Part shown: positions 62,001 to 64,000 of the stretch, one piece after another
Numbering within the stretch: the stretch's first letter is position 1
How the letters are laid out: each line of letters opens with the position of its first letter
NCBI RefSeq assembly: GCF_963921235.1
Contig: NC_086097.1
Coordinates: 209,376,001 to 209,440,000 of the forward strand
DNA length: 64,000 nucleotides
Direction of reading: 5' to 3'
Source: Mobula hypostoma
Taxonomy: Eukaryota
Notes under the pieces: generated by a model
Seen by the model: only the letters and a program-made list of their open reading frames with translations
The model's database searches: none
What the model was told of the DNA's origin: nothing
Position numbers and translations under genes: made by a program

Positions 62001-62849
62001 GGTTTTATATGGTCGAGAAAATCTGCCTTGTTTTATTTTCCATGTTATCTCACCAGTCAAAATAAGAACAGAGTCCTATTGCAATGCGAATCCATGGTAG
62101 ATGGAAACTCTAGTATTTTTTCCAGGAGCCACTTCATTATGTGAGCTAACTGAGCTTTGGGCACTATGGAACCCTTACTCCCACATAATACACCTTTCTA
62201 CTATTCATTTTCAATTTTCAGGAGCAGCATCAACGCTCTGGCTTCCTGTCACAATCCCCTATTTAGCACTATTGTTGTGGAAATTGTTATAATCTTAAGT
62301 AATGCAGCTAATTTGATTTCCCTTTCTACCTTCAGTAGTGGCTTAGAAAATAGTCAAAAGGGAGGAATCTATAAACTGAATAACTACAAGCCTGTTCAGT
62401 GGTGGGCAAATTCTTGAAATCATTTCTGAACAGCACAAGCATGTGGATACCTTACGGATGGCAGGCTGGTCAGTAAAGGAAAGGAACGTGGGATCCATGC
62501 AAAACTGGCAGCTGGATCCAAAACTTGGCTCGGTATCAAGAAATAAAATGATAATATTGGCAAGTGTTCTACGTGGCACAAAATACAGTTCCTTGATGTG
62601 TGCAGTATATACTAACGGTTTAGTGTTAAAAATAGGAGGCTTGATTAAAAATGATTGCAGATGATAAAAAATAGTTGCAGTTTCTGCATAGGAAAGCTTC
62701 ACACTACAGAAGGATGTAGGTAATTGAGCACATTAACTGCAAGTGGAGCACACTTTGAAGATATGGGTTAGTAATTTGAGAAAGTGGAACAGGACACAAT
62801 AAATGAAAGGATGCTGAATATGGGAAGAATGCAGTCCTTGAAGTGTCCT

Positions 62850-63600
62850 GGGTCTGGCACATAAGTGCCATTATGAAGAATGCATGGCCAGGCCTCTACT
62901 TTCTTAGAAGTTTGTGTAGATTCAGAATGTCACCTAAAACTCCATCAGCCCAAGCTACCAATATTCTACAATACTTCAAACTCTGTCAAATTTCTATAGG
63001 TGTGTGGTGGAGAGTATACTGATTGGTTACATATTGGCCGGATATGGAAACTCCAATGCCCACGAATGGAAAATCCTCTAAGAGTATGTAGAAACGGCCT
63101 AGTCCACAGGTAAAGCCCACCCCACCAGTGAGCGCATCTATACAGAGCGCTGCTGCAGGAAAGCAGCATCTATCATCAAGGATCCCCACCAGCTGGGTCA
63201 TGCTGTTTTCTTGCTGCTGTCATCAGAAAAAAGGTACAGGAGCTTCAGAACTCACAGCACCAGGTTAAGGAACAGTTATTATCCTTCAACCATCAGGCTT
63301 TTTCCACCAGAGGAGATAATTTCACCCTATCACTGAACTGTTCCCACACTTTGACAGACTCTTCATCTCAAGTTCTCAATACTTATTGCTTATTTATTTA
63401 CTATTATTATGGTTTCTTTGTTTTCATTTTGTATTTGCAAAGTTTGTTGTATTTTGAACATTGTTTGTCTGTCCTGTTGGGTGCAGTCTTTTACTGACTC
63501 TATTGTATTTCTTGTATTTACTGCGAATACCCAAAAAAAAGATGAATTTCGGGATTGTATATGGTAACAAATATGTACGCTGATAATAAATTTAACATTC
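62850..63600 (+). mobile_element. Rex1-type 3' part, flanked by degenerate CR1 pieces (about 62340-62850 and 63600-64000)
   Basis: Colinear with 51265-51970 (GTGGTGGAGAGTATACTGA, AGCAGCATCTATCATCAAGGATCCCCACC, GATAATAAATTTA). Confidence 0.75.
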
Positions 63601-64000
63601 GACAGGAAAGATGTGATCACAATGGAGAAGATACGGAGGAGATTTTCCTCTGTAGCATCTGTGGCAAGAGATACAGTTAACAGCTCAGATCAAAAATACT
63701 TCATCAGAACTAAAATATGTTATTTTCTTGTGGAACAGAGAATGCGGTTGAGAATGCAGGACATAATGGTGAATGAGCCTTAATGGAGGCTTACAATATT
63801 ATCAGAGACCTAAGTAGAGTAAATTGAAAGAAATGAATTTCCTTGACGGAGGAGTGAATAAACAATTTAAAGTAGATGGGAGGAAAATTCGAGGGGAAGT
63901 GAGAAAGCACATTTTTCATGCCAAAACTTGCAAAGGTCTGAATATCACTGCCTGAAAGAATGGTGGAGAAAGAAGGGTTATATGGGAGGCAGGGTTTGAG

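Overview
Eukaryotic genomic DNA from a vertebrate, most likely a cartilaginous fish (inferred from the CR1/Rex1/Penelope/HE1-type repeat content). The only host gene is on the + strand: seven GT-AG exons (9788-59902) of a PLAT/LH2-repeat protein. They splice in frame to about 435 codons, and the gene is open at both window ends. The candidates are an RP1 long isoform or a LOXHD1-like gene; I cannot settle which without a search. Nearly all ORFs in the supplied track are retroelement fragments or their antisense shadows. The introns hold deeply nested mobile elements: CR1, Rex1/Babar, RTE, L1, a HERO-like restriction-endonuclease LINE split by a solo LTR, a Passport-like Tc1, an internally deleted Tigger/pogo, two families of non-autonomous elements and Neptune-type Penelope elements. 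The most notable system is the Penelope family. Its 3' end carries a minimal hammerhead ribozyme with a palindromic ACGU helix III, and it inserts as fold-back structures of about 140 bp to 1.7 kb, with 13-14 bp target duplications and a one-sided tail of about 36-38 nt. Hammerheads in Penelope elements are a known phenomenon, so any novelty is at the level of this family and lineage. There are no prokaryotic features, CRISPR arrays, rRNA genes or bona fide tRNA genes.
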